From Antedon mediterranea (taxonomy: Eukaryota > Animalia > Echinodermata), in NCBI RefSeq assembly GCF_964355755.1, contig NC_092670.1:4640201-4704200 (forward strand): a stretch of DNA of 64,000 nt. The letters run 5' to 3'. The translations under genes and the position numbers were made by a program. The notes beneath the pieces are model-generated. The model worked only from the letters and a program-made list of their open reading frames with translations, ran no database searches and was not told the origin of the DNA. Positions 14,301 to 27,490 of this stretch are shown in pieces (position 1 is the stretch's first letter; every line of letters begins with the position of its first letter).

Positions 14301-17300
14301 CTATTTAGACCAGCGTGAAATTGTAAACTTCCTATTTCGTGACCTAAATCTGGTTCATGGGACCAAGTCGCAGCCCAACCACCCAGATGGACCAACGTAA
14401 TCAAGCTAATGAGAAGAAACCTTTGTCACTTCAGTCCTACATGGTTGGAGCTGAGGTACTGTACTTTGTAAATTAAGAAAATGTTAGGAACATCTTCAAA
14501 ACTGTTTGTACTGTAAGTTAAATAATGCTAAAACAAAGGCGCTTTTTTTCTCAAACTATCCTGAAGCCTTTAAAAAATATTTGGCAGCCCCTATTTTGCG
14601 AAACATCGTAGTTAAAAAGTTATAATATCAGCCCACAATTAGATGATGCATGCAAAGGAAAGTACCTCTTTTGGATTATTATTATTATAGCAGGCATACA
14701 GTGTGTTTTTAGTGTGAAAGCCTTTTGTGTTTCGTTCATGGTGAGTCATTCTGGTATTGATCAATTTGCTTCTAAAGTTAACATAACAATGCACTTTTAA
14801 AAGCAATTGATGGTAATTTCATAGTCAAGATCTTTATCTTAGGAATTCAATAGCTTTTTAAATAAAAAAAAAAACCTGAAGATTTACTTTTAAAAATAAT
14901 TAATAATCTCGGACACCAGACTCAAAAATGAATTTAGGTGAAGAAAATAAAAACAACATCTTAAAAATAGAAAGTGAATTTAATAATTTGCAGTTAGTTC
15001 TTTAAATACAGTTTTCAAATTACAATATCTTTTTTATTTGCTTTTAATATTTTAAAGTAGAAACTACAAGACCAGAGGGTTGAATCGCGGGACTTGTTTC
15101 TGATGCCAAAACATAGCATAACGGCTTTTTGTGGAATTGATTACGTCAACATTTAATTTTAAAGTACAGTCAGATACCACATACAGTGAACTATAGTTGC
15201 AGTTTGCTTAAATACAGTATTTTAATTATGCAGCTAAAACAGCAAAAAAGAATACACAGTAAAATATGTCACAGCCACAGTACTGTACCCCAAGTGTTTA
15301 CAGAAATATTTCTTACAAAAAACGCCACTCGATTTTTGGATGTAACAGTTTTAATTATTGTTCTGCTTTTTGTTTAACATAACAATTATCAGTAGTAAAC
15401 ATTTTGTGTAAATATATTCTGGCCTAACTGTACAGAACAAAAATAATCAAACTAAACTATAGTAATGTGGAGTTAATACCTAAATGATTTAAACTACATT
15501 CCCTGAAGGAATTCCAAGTTGCTATATCAATAAAAACAATAATACTTTATGAGTTTGTGCTAAAAATATCCAGGAAGATGTCACAAATAATAAATATTTA
15601 CACAATCAAATTTATGGACCACACTCTAGAACACCATATGTGCAATAATGATCGTCAGACTAATTTGAATGTAAGGGAACATAATGCAATAGAATACTGG
15701 TGACTTTATTTTTTAAATAACCCTTTTTTTGGTGAAAAAATTGTTGGGGGTGAGGAAGAGCGCAACATTACCTTCTACTACAGGGTACAGTAAATTGTAA
15801 TTCAAGAAAACTGTTTACTGTTAGTACTGTGTAAATTCATTTGAGATCATTTTGAACTGTGATGCCATTTGATTTCAATATGGTTATACCATTTTAAACG
15901 TAATTATAACATTTGTACATAATAATCATTTTCATACTAATACTTCCCTATTTTCTATAAATTAAACATAGTATTAGTAATCATCGGATTTTAAATTATA
16001 TCATTTTCTATTTGTGTCCTTTCACCGATCAATTTACTGTAAATTCGTTCGATAAATAGGGCAGTAAAAATAGTCTACAGTCCTTTACTTTACAATTACA
16101 ATACCACATACTGTATTGAACAATAGATCTATTTTGAATACCATTACCATGTCAAGACCACAATTAATCTCATTCCATTTTTCTAACTGTTCCTTTCATT
16201 ACTTTAATCAAAGGGAGATAATCCTACACAATCTCTTATCATTCAAATAATATCTATTTTCCAGTCAATAACGAGATCGTAATTATTCTTAAGCTGGTTC
16301 TAACTTCTAGTCACATGATTATACTTGTAATTTCCCACGTCACAAAGAATATGATAATATAAAATAAATCTGAACAAAGTGAGGCAAGAATTGTATTGAT
16401 TTAAATCGTTGAATGTGTATTTAAATCCTCAGGCAACTCTATGGGTAGATGTACAGTACTGTACAGTATAGCAAGTAGTAACTGGGTGTGGGTGTGGTCA
16501 CATTTAAATAAAAAATCTTCCAACATCCATTCAACTGCTCTATTTATTATATTCCTATACAACACACAATAGTATTGCGATCTCTTTTCACTATGCTCAC
16601 TCTGACTAGGCCTCACAATTAATGATCAGAGATGGTATAAGTATTATCCACCTTTTTGGCAAACTGCAAACAGGAGAAGACTTTCCTACAGTATCATCAG
16701 AAATACATATAATAATGCAGAATATTAAAGAAAAGAATATTGTAACCTATTGTATTATTGATGGACAGTATTTTTTGATGTACAGTATAGTGAATCTTTC
16801 ACATATTTAATACATTCACTAATTAATTTGGTTACAGACATTTGGATTATTAATTGTCATTAACTATAGTATAGTTTTTCTGTCTAATAAAAGAGTATTT
16901 TGAGTGTTGGAATGGTTCTTCAACAAAAAGCTTGCATTCGGTTGGTTAACATTTTCTATTCGAATGACATTCTGTTTTGTTTAGCACAATTAATATTTTT
17001 ACAGTTTACCATTTGATACAAACCGTACTAAACGAATCTTTATTCTTAGCACGAAAGTTCTCAATCGACTGGTGATCTACTCTGGCTGCAGTGTAGCCTA
17101 ACTGTGGGCCTACAACCAAACGAATAATTCAAATGACAGGCAAAATAATATCAACACAGTAATTTGCTGGTTTCTTGTTTTGTTGTTGACTGCCAAAAGC
17201 CTCAATCCAAATCAATTTTTATTTTAAAAACAAATTCATTTTTTAAAAGAGAAAAATAAAAACCATATTTTTATAAATAGTAGAAAATAATGAAAACAAT

Positions 17301-17465
17301 GATTACCTTAATTTCAAATTGTTTGTCAGTTCCATCCAGTAACAAAACCTTACAGACCAGCACATTCTTTTTGGTGCCACTCACACGGACTTCCCCTGCT
17401 GCTGCTCCACTGGTATGATGACGACGGTACCTCCTAGAAAAACGATTACTCAGAAATCGCATCAT
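2180..17465 (-). CDS. EPB41L5: Band 4.1-like protein 5 / 4B (Yurt/moe-type FERM protein), 5' part; 6 coding exons in window, gene continues left of position 1
   Basis: Exons 17307..17465, 7351..7455, 5209..5251, 4992..5070, 3926..4023, 2180..2300 all have GT-AG boundaries and join in frame: [12 protein letters not shown]...[108 protein letters not shown]...[16 protein letters not shown]...ISEFRF...[23 protein letters not shown] is typical of the EPB41L5/L4B/Yurt subfamily. Confidence 0.9.
3926..4023 (-). CDS. EPB41L5: EPB41L5-like coding exon 5 (FERM-M)
   Basis: TAG| [32 protein letters not shown] |GTAAGT; 98 nt. Confidence 0.92.
4992..5070 (-). CDS. EPB41L5: EPB41L5-like coding exon 4
   Basis: CAG| (I)[25 protein letters not shown](R) |GTTTGT; 79 nt. 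Confidence 0.93.
5209..5251 (-). CDS. EPB41L5: EPB41L5-like coding exon 3
   Basis: CAG| [14 protein letters not shown]+A |GTAAGT; 43 nt. Confidence 0.92.
6850..7290. repeat. Purine-rich minisatellite, 44/50-bp units
   Basis: AAAAGTTGGAAATACAGTAA(AGCAA)GAAATGTGGAAGAAGAAAGGAA repeated about 9 times; explains the three overlapping F/L/S-rich ORFs. Confidence 0.9.
7351..7455 (-). CDS. EPB41L5: EPB41L5-like coding exon 2 (FERM-N)
   Basis: TAG| [35 protein letters not shown] |GTAAGT; 105 nt. Confidence 0.92.
9236..9981. mobile_element. Non-autonomous PIF/Harbinger-like element, 746 bp
   Basis: TIR TGGCCGTATTCACCAATC / GATTGGTGAATACGGCCA, CAG duplicated on both sides (CWG TSD), subterminal TTAAGGG/CCCTTAA repeats. 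Confidence 0.85.
12598..12790 (+). mobile_element. Degenerate tRNA-derived SINE
   Basis: A-box-like GTGGTCGAGTGGTTAA, B-box-like GGTTGAAGTC, downstream GTAAGGGG..CCCC..TGTAATGGTCC. Confidence 0.4.
14043..14130. repeat. 22-bp minisatellite x4
   Basis: ACACTTGGGCTAGTAGTACAGT. Confidence 0.85.
17307..17465 (-). CDS. EPB41L5: EPB41L5-like coding exon 1 (start codon, N-terminus, start of FERM-N)
   Basis: ATG at 17465, 53 codons, donor AAG|GTAATC at 17306. Confidence 0.88.
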
Positions 17466-17469
17466 TTTG

Positions 17470-18240
17470 ATATTTGAAAAGTTTTTAAACCATCACACGA
17501 ATAAATAAATATGAGTGTTATACCATCAAGGTATTTAGCAGTATCCTAAATTCCGTAACAGACTTTGTTTTGAATGTGTATTTGCAGACCCATTACCGTT
17601 CCGACTCGCTCTCACAACACCCAACAAAATTCCTTTGCGAATAATTTTCTTTCTGCGCAATCTCAAAAGTTAAAATTCAATCTATACCGCCCTCAATAAT
17701 TAAACTAATTATGAGGGCGCTACAAACAAAACAATTAACATCAAACTTTACAATATTATTTAAAATGGGTTTGTTTTTGTCGCACTGTACGTCCACTTGA
17801 ATGATTAAATTGTAAATGTTAGTTTCGATAAAAAAAATCATGTTTCATCTTCATATTATCATGTCTAATGAGTATAAAATATAAAAATCAATGTGATGAA
17901 TACATTTAAAATTGAGGGCGGCACACTGCATAAATAAACAAGCATGGCGAAACGCGAGCCGGTCGGTTATCGTTTTCATCACGTCGAATCGCCGTCCCTA
18001 TTATAGGCTCGTAGAACCCAGACAAGGCCTAGCCTAGGCTTAGGCTTTAATTAAGAGACTACAAGGTTCGTGATTAGATCCTGAAATTTGATAATAGAAA
18101 TAGGTAGAGTCCTACCCAACTAGGCCTAGAGTAGAGGGCTAGGCGGCCCTACTACTACTAGCTAGCTAGCTAGCTAGGCCCTACTTACTAGTAGTATAAG
18201 TAGGCCTAGGCCCTAGCTAGGCCTAGAGGCAGTCTAGAGA
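17470..18240. promoter_or_regulatory. Putative bidirectional promoter shared by EPB41L5 (-) and TMEM177 (+)
   Basis: Head-to-head gene arrangement, local CpG enrichment (17940-18010), CGCCCTC/GAGGGCG motifs at 17688, 17713 and 17914, candidate 5'UTR donor AG|GTAGAG at 18104, and a dense TAGGCCTA cluster. Confidence 0.5.
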
Positions 18241-18256
18241 CTGAGGCCCAACTTCC

Positions 18257-19004
18257 GGTGTCTGATCATTTCGGCCGCCAATCATTTCGGCCGCCGGTTA
18301 TGGAATTGCCAAATTCATGAAACGCCAAAAAGGACAAAATATGTATTGTTAATTTCGGCCGCCAGAATTGTAATTATTCTTGAATATGTATGACACGCCA
18401 TGTGTGTTAAAATGTTAATATTTTACTAGGCCTAAATACTGTATTATTAAGCCAAATCGGTGGTCTTCAATTCCAGAAACAGCAGCGATATTTATAGCGT
18501 GCACATTGCCATCACTACAGTGAATATTAATGATATTTTTTTATTAAGAAGGAGGTGATGCTGAAGTTTTTTTTATGTGCCAGTCAAAAACACTTGACTT
18601 GATTCATATTAAAAGAAACACATTTTTACAAAGCACACGCATCTTCGGGACTTGTAAAATAAATAAAAAAATAAACATTAAATCAATATTCATTTTGACC
18701 AAAATATTCAGATGGTAAAATACCGTAACTAATATAACTTTAAATCTATGCCTACGGCAAAAACAAAATGTATTTAGCCCATTGCACAACTGATCTCTAG
18801 TTTAAATGACCATAGTTCTCTGTGGCGTTCCATAGACTTATTATTTTTTTTCACTGTAATACTGTACAGTTAATGAGTTATTTCTGGCTATTTCAATTTG
18901 GCGCGCCAAAGCTGGCGGCCGAAATGATCATGCCATATTTTATCCTTTTTGGAGTTTCATGAATTTGGGCGTTCCATAACCGACGGCCGAAATGCACTGT
19001 GACC
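18257..19004. mobile_element. Non-autonomous DNA transposon (GG...CC termini, 8-bp TSD; Merlin/MULE-like), 748 bp
   Basis: About 60-bp subterminal inverted repeat CATTTCGGCCGCCGGTTATGGAA...AAAATATG; TSD CAACTTCC (18249-18256) / CAACCTCC (19005-19012). Confidence 0.8.
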
Positions 19005-19700
19005 CAACCTCCTTGGTTGGCTTAGCTGCCTAGGCCTAGCCCTAGCTTATTTAGTAGGAGGAGGCCTAAAGGCTAGTGACACTAGAATTAATGCTGTGAC
19101 TAGGCTAGATAGTAGTAGGCCTCCTATATACAGAGGCTCCTATCTATACGAATCCGGGGGACGAATCAAACTAAGATTTGTAGAGACGATTCAAGCAACC
19201 TTTTTGGGTCAAACAGCTGACCTGAGAAATTCAATTTTAAATTGCATAATTATAATTTTCTTGCTCAATTTAAAATTGTGCAAATCGTTCAAATTGCGCA
19301 TAACATTTGCATTAAACATACAGTTACAGGGCTGTAGCCAGCATGAGGCAGATTTTCTTATTCAGATTTTTAGTCTTTTATGTAATTAATTTTATTTTTT
19401 TGGTTTTTCTTTTACTTTTCTGTTCTGAGGGTCCCAAATGATCAGCAAATGCTGGATGGATCACCCTCATTAAATATGGTTAAAATAAAATAAATAAGAC
19501 GCTCGACTCGTCTGAAATTTTCAGTTTTCACAACCCAATCCCCCAGTATAGCTTGTCATATTTTAGTTTAATCGATTTTCCAAAAGAAGTGAAATAGCAT
19601 AAAATAATACTTTTGTTTTTTAAAAGTATCTCAGTCACATTTTTAAATAAATGGATCCAACCACTTTTTCATTGATTTATTTTCCAACAGAATTTTAAAT

Positions 19701-20588
19701 ATGGCGTCTGGAAAAGTTGGACGATTTTTTCTCAAGCCACGGAACATTGCTGTGCTGACCGGCAGTATCCTGACCATTAAACTCTTGCCTGATTTCTTTC
19801 CTAAACACACAACTAGGCCCTTTATTGAAGCTTATCAAAATGGGAAAATATGCAATCTCCAGGATTCGCAATTAGAAGAGTTCAAAGAAGTTTGTAGAGC
19901 TCTTGGAGTGGTCAAAGCGGACAAGTATCACACGTTTGTCACTGGTCGATGGCAAATCGGAGCAAGTGGATCACCATGGTTACCAAATGGTGTTCACTTT
20001 GCAATACCAATTCATTTTGTGGATAACCCAGAAACTTCATCTCTTAACTTGAAAGGCAAATCAGGTGCAATGAAGGAAGGCAAATTATTTAAAGAATCAT
20101 TCAAACTTAGCAAATCTGCTCGGCAATTTGCTTTAGCAGTGGAAACTGCTCGCATTGAGTCGGGACTCCCTATTTTAAAGGCGTGTTTACTTCCGTTGTA
20201 CTTTCTTATGGGTTATGCAACGTCCTTTGCAATTTTACCGACTTTGAACTTTTTACCGCTACCGGTTGCTATACTCGCAATTGGTTCTGTGTACTTCATG
20301 TGCTATCGGTTTTCAATTGGACGAATAAACGAATCCATTGACTTTAGTATGGATAAGAAAGTAGCCAATTTAAGCCCAGAGTACGCAAACGGAGGGTTAG
20401 AATACGTAGAGAAAATACTTCAGAGGAATATTGCTTTAAGAGGTCTGCTTGAAAATGGAAAGAAAAGATTTTCGTATTACGGGAACGAAAATGAAGGAGT
20501 ATTTTATTCTGCTCATGCTAGGTTAACGGAAAGAAAAGATGCAATTAAGACAATCGTAGACGATAATACTAAGTGTCCGATTGAATAG
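19701..20588 (+). CDS. TMEM177: Transmembrane protein 177 (mitochondrial inner membrane, COX2 maturation factor family)
   Basis: Intact 295-aa ORF. Motifs G.PWLP.G...AIP..F, LSKSARQFALA.E, two hydrophobic helices, and D.KVA.LS.EYA.GG.EY.EKIL.RN.ALR.LL..G...F...GN match TMEM177. A polypyrimidine-AG acceptor at 19690 just before the ATG implies an upstream non-coding exon. Confidence 0.88.
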   Translation: MASGKVGRFFLKPRNIAVLTGSILTIKLLPDFFPKHTTRPFIEAYQNGKICNLQDSQLEEFKEVCRALGVVKADKYHTFVTGRWQIGASGSPWLPNGVHFAIPIHFVDNPETSSLNLKGKSGAMKEGKLFKESFKLSKSARQFALAVETARIESGLPILKACLLPLYFLMGYATSFAILPTLNFLPLPVAILAIGSVYFMCYRFSIGRINESIDFSMDKKVANLSPEYANGGLEYVEKILQRNIALRGLLENGKKRFSYYGNENEGVFYSAHARLTERKDAIKTIVDDNTKCPIE

Positions 20589-23500
20589 CTGTTAAGATTC
20601 CAAACATTTTTATAAAGCATGCAAAGATTATAAAACAGTAGTGTAATTGTGTGCTCCGATTTCTTGTTTTGTATCTATTAATACCTTTGAGCTTGATAGT
20701 TGAAATTGATAGGCAATACAGCTGCTCGCTGGAGCATTTCAAATACTGATTGACTATTTCAGTTATTGGTTGAATGTTGTTATTTCCATTGACATTGGAC
20801 TCGGCTTTACCTTTTGTCATATAACCCTTAACATTTCTTTCATTATATTTGTTTATTTTGATCTTCAAAAATTGTGTTAATCCCATGAATAATGAATTAC
20901 CTGAATAACAAGCAGTTGAACATGGACTCTGACTTGGCATAATTTTAGACAAATACTAGTAGAAATTTTTTAATTTGAGTTAAAAGCTAAATTTCCCAGT
21001 TATACAGTAATAATATGCATATACTGCTGAGCAAATAATGATTAAAAAACATTAAAGATTATGAAATGTACTAGACAATTAAAATATTGTAATTTACAAA
21101 AGTGCAGCACTATGTGTATTATGTTACATTGCAATGCATTTTCATTGACACTTTCCCTGCAATGTTTGATGTTTTGTAAAAATAATGCGAATATCACTTT
21201 AATTTATAAGTAGTTCGTGTTGAATGTTCTCTACTTAGATGCGCTGAAGTCTAGACTTAGTTTGTACTGTAGGCTTGAATAAACATCGTAGCCTAGCCAT
21301 AGGCCAAGCCTGGTGTTGTCTCGTTGATGAATTGTCTTTCTTTTTTTGGCAGAATATGTTAATACAAACTGTTCATCAATGTATTTCTTCACAATCGACT
21401 ATCGCACTAAAAGTGGTTGCATCACAGAAGCGAATTGATATATATGAATCCATGTGTGATGCATGTCAGTATTAATAAATAATACTAGCAGGTATCTCTT
21501 ACAACCGACAATAAAACGATAAAAACAACTATTTATAATTAGATTGAAAAAACATAAGTGTTTATTCAAGTGGGGTGGGGGGATGCGTTTATTCCAAATG
21601 ATGTTCTATAGGGGAGCATTTATTTAAATAGGGCATTTATTCAAAGCAGAGCTTTTATTTGAATAGATACAATAACATAATAAGTTATTCATTGAGCTTT
21701 AAATCTACAGTTGGGTCTAAAGAAACAGGAAATTACAAATGATTTGTTTACATACAGAAGCAATTATTAATCGTAACATAACGATTTGCTTATTAGCAAG
21801 TAAATATGTTCACTCAAGCGGAAAAACACCTTTAATTCCTCAGATCACTTTCCCATGACTCTATTGACATTATATTCATTCAGATAGTGTAATAAGAAGG
21901 CATTTGTTATATGAAGTGTTGAGAATTAAACGCTTGGTGAATAAAAGATGAAAATATCACGCTAGGATGATCTTTGTATATTGCAATTCCCATAATTAGA
22001 GACAAATTACAATGCAGTTTTAGCTACCATAATAAAGTAAATTGATCAAAGGTCTGACAGGCAGGGAATAAGGAAACTACATGTCTATGTGCATGATAGA
22101 GGCATGTGTCGTTGGTTGTAACACAATGGAGAGAATCACTAGTTTAGACCCTGGTTAGCTACAAGAGTGTATCCCCATAGTTCGGTTTGGATACTGGCAT
22201 GGACATCATCCAATTTTCTAGCTTTTCCTTGATCTTGTTTTCTTCTAAGCACTTCAGGACTAGATTTTGCCATATATGGTCAACAGCTAATGTAGTAAAA
22301 TTGCCTCACAGATGATGTAGTTAATATAACCAGCAAATGTACAATTAGAAAGTAGCAGAGAGTACAGCCTAAGCCAATCCTGCACCTCTATCCACTAATG
22401 GTTGCCAACCTCCACATTGAATAACTGTGAGAGTTACTCTGATCAGAGGGAGGAGGTCAAACCTTCGCTTTTAGTCGACTCTTTCACTGTCCAGTAATTG
22501 CATTCTGTTGATAGTCGATTTTGGATTTATACAATCAAAATTCTACTAAAGAAGGCTGTAGCATTTTGTTACAATATAATGTAGTTAGTTTAGCACAGCT
22601 CTGATATGCTGAAAATAGCCTTAGAAAATCCTCCAGAAATTTTCTGTTTTAATCAATAAACTCGCGTCAATTTTTACAATTTGTTAGGCGAGAGTTTTAT
22701 ACAGTATACAGTATGTGTATCTGAAATCATTTTTTTCTGAGCTGGAAAAATTGTTGGGAAACAATTCTGTATTTGGATAGGCCTATACATAAAATTGTAT
22801 AAGAAATTTCACATTAAATGTTTACATAACTGTTTGATCAATAGAGTCAATAGTTCCATAGTCTATGAACGATAAGGTTAGGCCGGTCATGCTAAACCAA
22901 ACTAAGGCTAGCATAAACAAATTAACAATAGCAAAATTTCAGCTTTTAAAACTCCCACAGGTTTGTTTTACCCTCCCACACCTAACCTCAAAATACACCC
23001 CTAGCACTAAGAAGAATAATATTTGATTGACTATTATAAAAAACATACCTTAGCGATTGCATATTGTGTCCATTTAGGCTGGGCTCAGATAATTGAGTTG
23101 TTGCATAACACACCATAACTTATATTATCAAGCTGTTTATAAGTAAACAGCTACTGGTTAATGTACCATGTTTCTGTAGATTTTAGGGAGATAGATCAAG
23201 CCCTCAATAGCAACAGTTATCAACTTGATAAGAACTAATCGCACAAGTGGTTAGAAATAACGCCTCATGGTCAGTTATGATACAGAAACGGAAGAATGTT
23301 ATCGCAAAGACATGTTCAAGAGGTCTGTACGCACTCGCAACCAAAGCCAACTCATCGAGCCTTGTTTGAATCCTGTCTAAACTTATGAACATAATAGCAG
23401 ACTAAGCATGTCTGTAGGTTTTGTTCTTGTCATGGTCTATGGTTTCTTGTATCTCTGCTTTTAGAAAGCAGTTTGATCATCAGACCATAACAGAGCTTTA

Positions 23501-25595
23501 TGAAATGAATGTTCGTCCTTTGACCTTGGTGTTTCTTCTTACTAATTATACAGTAGTTGAAAATTAGTATCATTTATTTTCGAATAACATTTTTCAAAAG
23601 AACAATATACAATACCCCTTGTAATAATATTTTAATATTAAATAACAAGGATTATATATGAAATGAAATTTTCCTCAAACTTTGTGATACTTCATGAAAA
23701 ATTCTTATAATAGTGTTAAGGACATAATATTTGAAGCCCTGGCTTTTAATGATTAATTGTTTTCATCATATATATTCCTATATTGAAACATTCAAAAGCT
23801 TGGCATTTATTTCTGGCTATTTTCTTTGATAGCTTTCAGGTCTATTGTCTCTGCAATCGCTATTGAGATTCAGAAATGAATGTTGCCCCAACAGCATTTT
23901 GTTTTTCAATAATAAAATTTTCCTTTAAATTTATAAAATTGTTCTTAAATCAACAGTAATGTAAGGCTACAATTACAAAGGCTCCTAATTATTTGTGAGC
24001 CTGCTTTAATTAGTATGTTAATAATAGCCTCGTCGCTAAATATTTCATAAGTGATAAAAACTATCTGTTGGGTTGCAGAAAAAAAACCATTATTATTTTA
24101 TTTTAAAGACAGGGCTGTTAAATTTTAGGAGGGAGCTAAAACTAAATCTGCACACGGCTTAGTACTCTCAACACAAGCATGCTTGCATTAATTAACGTTT
24201 AATATTTGAATAAAACAATGATTTCAGAGCACAAAGATTTCCCAATTTATGGTTAAAAAATCAAAAGTTTCTCAATCGAATATGCCAATTCTTTCACTAG
24301 TCCATCACACACAGACAAAAGTGTGGTTTGTTTTTAATAAATATCCTGCCACCATGGGCTAGTATTATTTAAAGCTTTAATAATAAAAATATAAACAAAA
24401 ATTGACCTTTGAGGGTTTCAGTTTTATTTCAACATCAGAATAATTAATTAAATAACCTCTATATTAAGATAAATTATAAATATTTAACAATATAAAACAG
24501 TTTTGGGCTACCAGAAAAACATTCAATAAGATGACATTAAGCATTTCCATTTTTAGAAAGATTATCATTGCTGTGTTTCTTTTTCTTTTCATGATAATGT
24601 CATTCATATTATGTGAAGATTTAATGTGAAGAAATATAGCATGCCAAATATTAATGTTAACTTTTATGTAAAGGTTTTTAGTATCAAAACTATAAATAAT
24701 CTGTTTTTAAAAACATTTTTTGATGAAAATAAACTATCTATTATTAAAACCAAGCTAAACTTTTGAATGGATTTTTTTTTCTGCAGAAAGATGAGGAGAA
24801 AAATATTTTTTTAAAGACAATAACACTTTTGAATTGTTCGTTTTGGTTTTTCAAACACAAAATTAATCTGTAATTTAATAATATTATTATTATTAATTTA
24901 GTGTCTTTACAGCCAAATATTTGTCTGTGTTCTGTGTGATGAATAATTCATATTATTGTAATGCATAAATGCAGCTAAATGTATCTCATTTACATAAATG
25001 CAGTTAAATGATTCTCATTTACATATAAAGCCAGACAATTAAGGATAGGCATTCGATAAACAATTCTATACTGTGATTTAATATAAACTGTTTAGTTTTC
25101 TTTACAGCCAGGTAATATTGTTCATAATTACTGTATATTGATGGCTTGTCTTTCTATATTAAATAATTTAAACATTTAGTACATAAACAAGCGATTTTAT
25201 TTAATAATTTAGTATCTGCATGGTTTAATTCCTAAATTGGGACGGAAATCCACTTAAAAAATGTTGCATGGTTTCTAAAAGCAATGTTCGTTTGATAGAA
25301 AACAAGTAAAATTGTATTATTGGTGATGAAACAAAAAAATACAAAACAATAATTTGCATGATGATAAAGAAAGTTATAATGATAGAATATTATGCACTTA
25401 TACAATAAAAATCTAATTAAAATACGAAAACTGTAGTTTTCTATGATTCAATCTCAAGCTGTACATTTAAATAATATACAGTTCTATACAAAATATGACA
25501 CGTTTGTTATCTCAGGGAAGAGTGTTCACCCTCCCCTGGTTATAATATCACAAATCTCGCATTTCGCAATCCATAATTCAATGTAATGCATGACT

Positions 25596-25729
25596 TCTAC
25601 ACTATCGAACTAGTTTGACAAAAAAAGTGTGATGTACCCAAATATGGTAGTTAATATGACATCATCGTGTCTATATATGGGCACAACACATTTTGTTTTC
25701 ACATCAAATTGGTAGTGTAGACAGAGCTT
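25596..25729. mobile_element. MITE family A, copy 2 (reverse orientation)
   Basis: TCTACACTATCGAACTAGTTTGACAAAA...GTAGTGTAGACAGAGCTTTA. Confidence 0.75.
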
Positions 25730-27039
25730 TAGGCTGTAAAAGAAAATAGTAAAGGACGTAGAAAACAAAGATACAGGGTAATAAATTGATGTATAGCAGA
25801 TTTAAGATTAATAAATTATTTAAAAAATAATTAATTTAAAACTAAATCCATACTTTAATTTGTCACTCAAAACGATTTACCTTTATTTATCCATAAGTTA
25901 AGCTACAGAGTAAAATGAAATCAAAGTGCATTCATTGGCACATGGATTGCGAGATGGGAATACTGTGCATTCTATAATTACTAAGTATTAAATATTTAAT
26001 TTATCTAAAAGAAAGCTCACTTTCTGTGTTTTTATATAAAATTGTGAGGTTTCCTTGCTGAAAAATATCTAATATCATTCGTTTTTTGCTTTGCACAATT
26101 AATTAATCTATTCAAACGGGAAACTAAAAAAATATAGACATAATTGATAATCTAACATAATATAAACTGACATGGCTAAAAAATGGTTTATCTCGAAGCT
26201 GCAGGGAATATTCCATGTGCATTGATTTGTTGATTGTTGAAACTCTTCTAGTGCATATACAGTATTTCACCTTTTTTCTCTCAAAAAACCCTTACTTATA
26301 ATAGAGATAACTATCCCAATACCGGTCACGATTTCTACTGGCCTACTATGTTTGGTCTCTGGAAATGATATACCAATAGATTTTGGGATCTTTTGGACCT
26401 CAAGAAAAGTCTGGTTTTGGGAGAATTTCTGGTTTTCAGAGAGTCGAGTATTGGGAGAGTTTACTGCAATAGAATATTGAGTGAAACCTCACAACTACAT
26501 CAGTTAAAAAAAACCCCATGCAATGGGAAATGTACAGTTAGAACATTAAAAGATTAAAACAATAACAGGTTGTGTGCAGATCACACAAAAACAATATTTA
26601 TATCTATTTGAGATATTTCCCAAACCGACCATTATTTTAATTATGTATTATTAAAAAAAAACTTTAAAAGGTAAAATGTTTCCCATATCATAATGTTCTT
26701 TAAATGCTTTTGTAAGTTTATCGAGGAAATTTCCCATGAAATTCAGCAAATCCAAAGTCCTGAGTTACAATGTTTTATAAACAGTATCTCTTGATGAGGC
26801 AAATATTTTTTAATAAACATAACCAGTTTGTTAAATAGTTTTAAATGACATTTGATCATAAATAAAATAAAACAATAAATAAACAAATGAAACCAACAAT
26901 CAAAACTTCCTCACAAAATACACAACCGGGAATTTACAACAATATGCAAATTGTTTTCCATCATATTGATCCTGTTGTTCAGTCCTTTATTGTCCAATAT
27001 AGTAGTATAGTTTGCACATTCCTTCATTGTTCTACTCAT

Positions 27040-27490
27040 ATTTCCTTCATTATAGTCAGCTTTCCATCTTATCCACTTGATTGTACTTTGTCTGCCTTCC
27101 TTCATTTTACATCTTATTTGCTTTCCTTGATTTTACTCAACAACATTTCAGCTTTCCTTCATTTTACTCCACACCCCATCTGTTTTCCTTCATTTTACTC
27201 CACACCCCATCTGTTTTCCTTTATTTTACTTTGCTTTTCCTTCATTTTATTTATCAGCTTTCCTTCATTTTACTTTCAGCTTTCCTTCAGTTTACTTTGC
27301 CTTTTCCTTGGTTTTACTTTATCAGCTTTCCTTCATTTTACTTTATCAGCTTTCCTTCATTTTACTTTATCAGCTTTCCTTCATTTTACTTTATCAGCTT
27401 TCCTTGATTTTACTTAGCTTTTCCTTTATTTCACTTTATCTGCTTTCCTTCATTTTACCTTCCTTCTCCTTCATTTTACTCCACATCACC
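27040..27490. repeat. Pyrimidine-rich 24-bp minisatellite downstream of the PTPN4 stop (likely 3'UTR)
   Basis: TTATCAGCTTTCCTTCATTTTACT repeated. Confidence 0.85.

Noticed and set aside
20569-20952. 127-aa minus-strand ORF overlapping the TMEM177 3' end
   Set aside because: Non-ATG start, no recognisable motif, and it lies in the probable 3'UTR.
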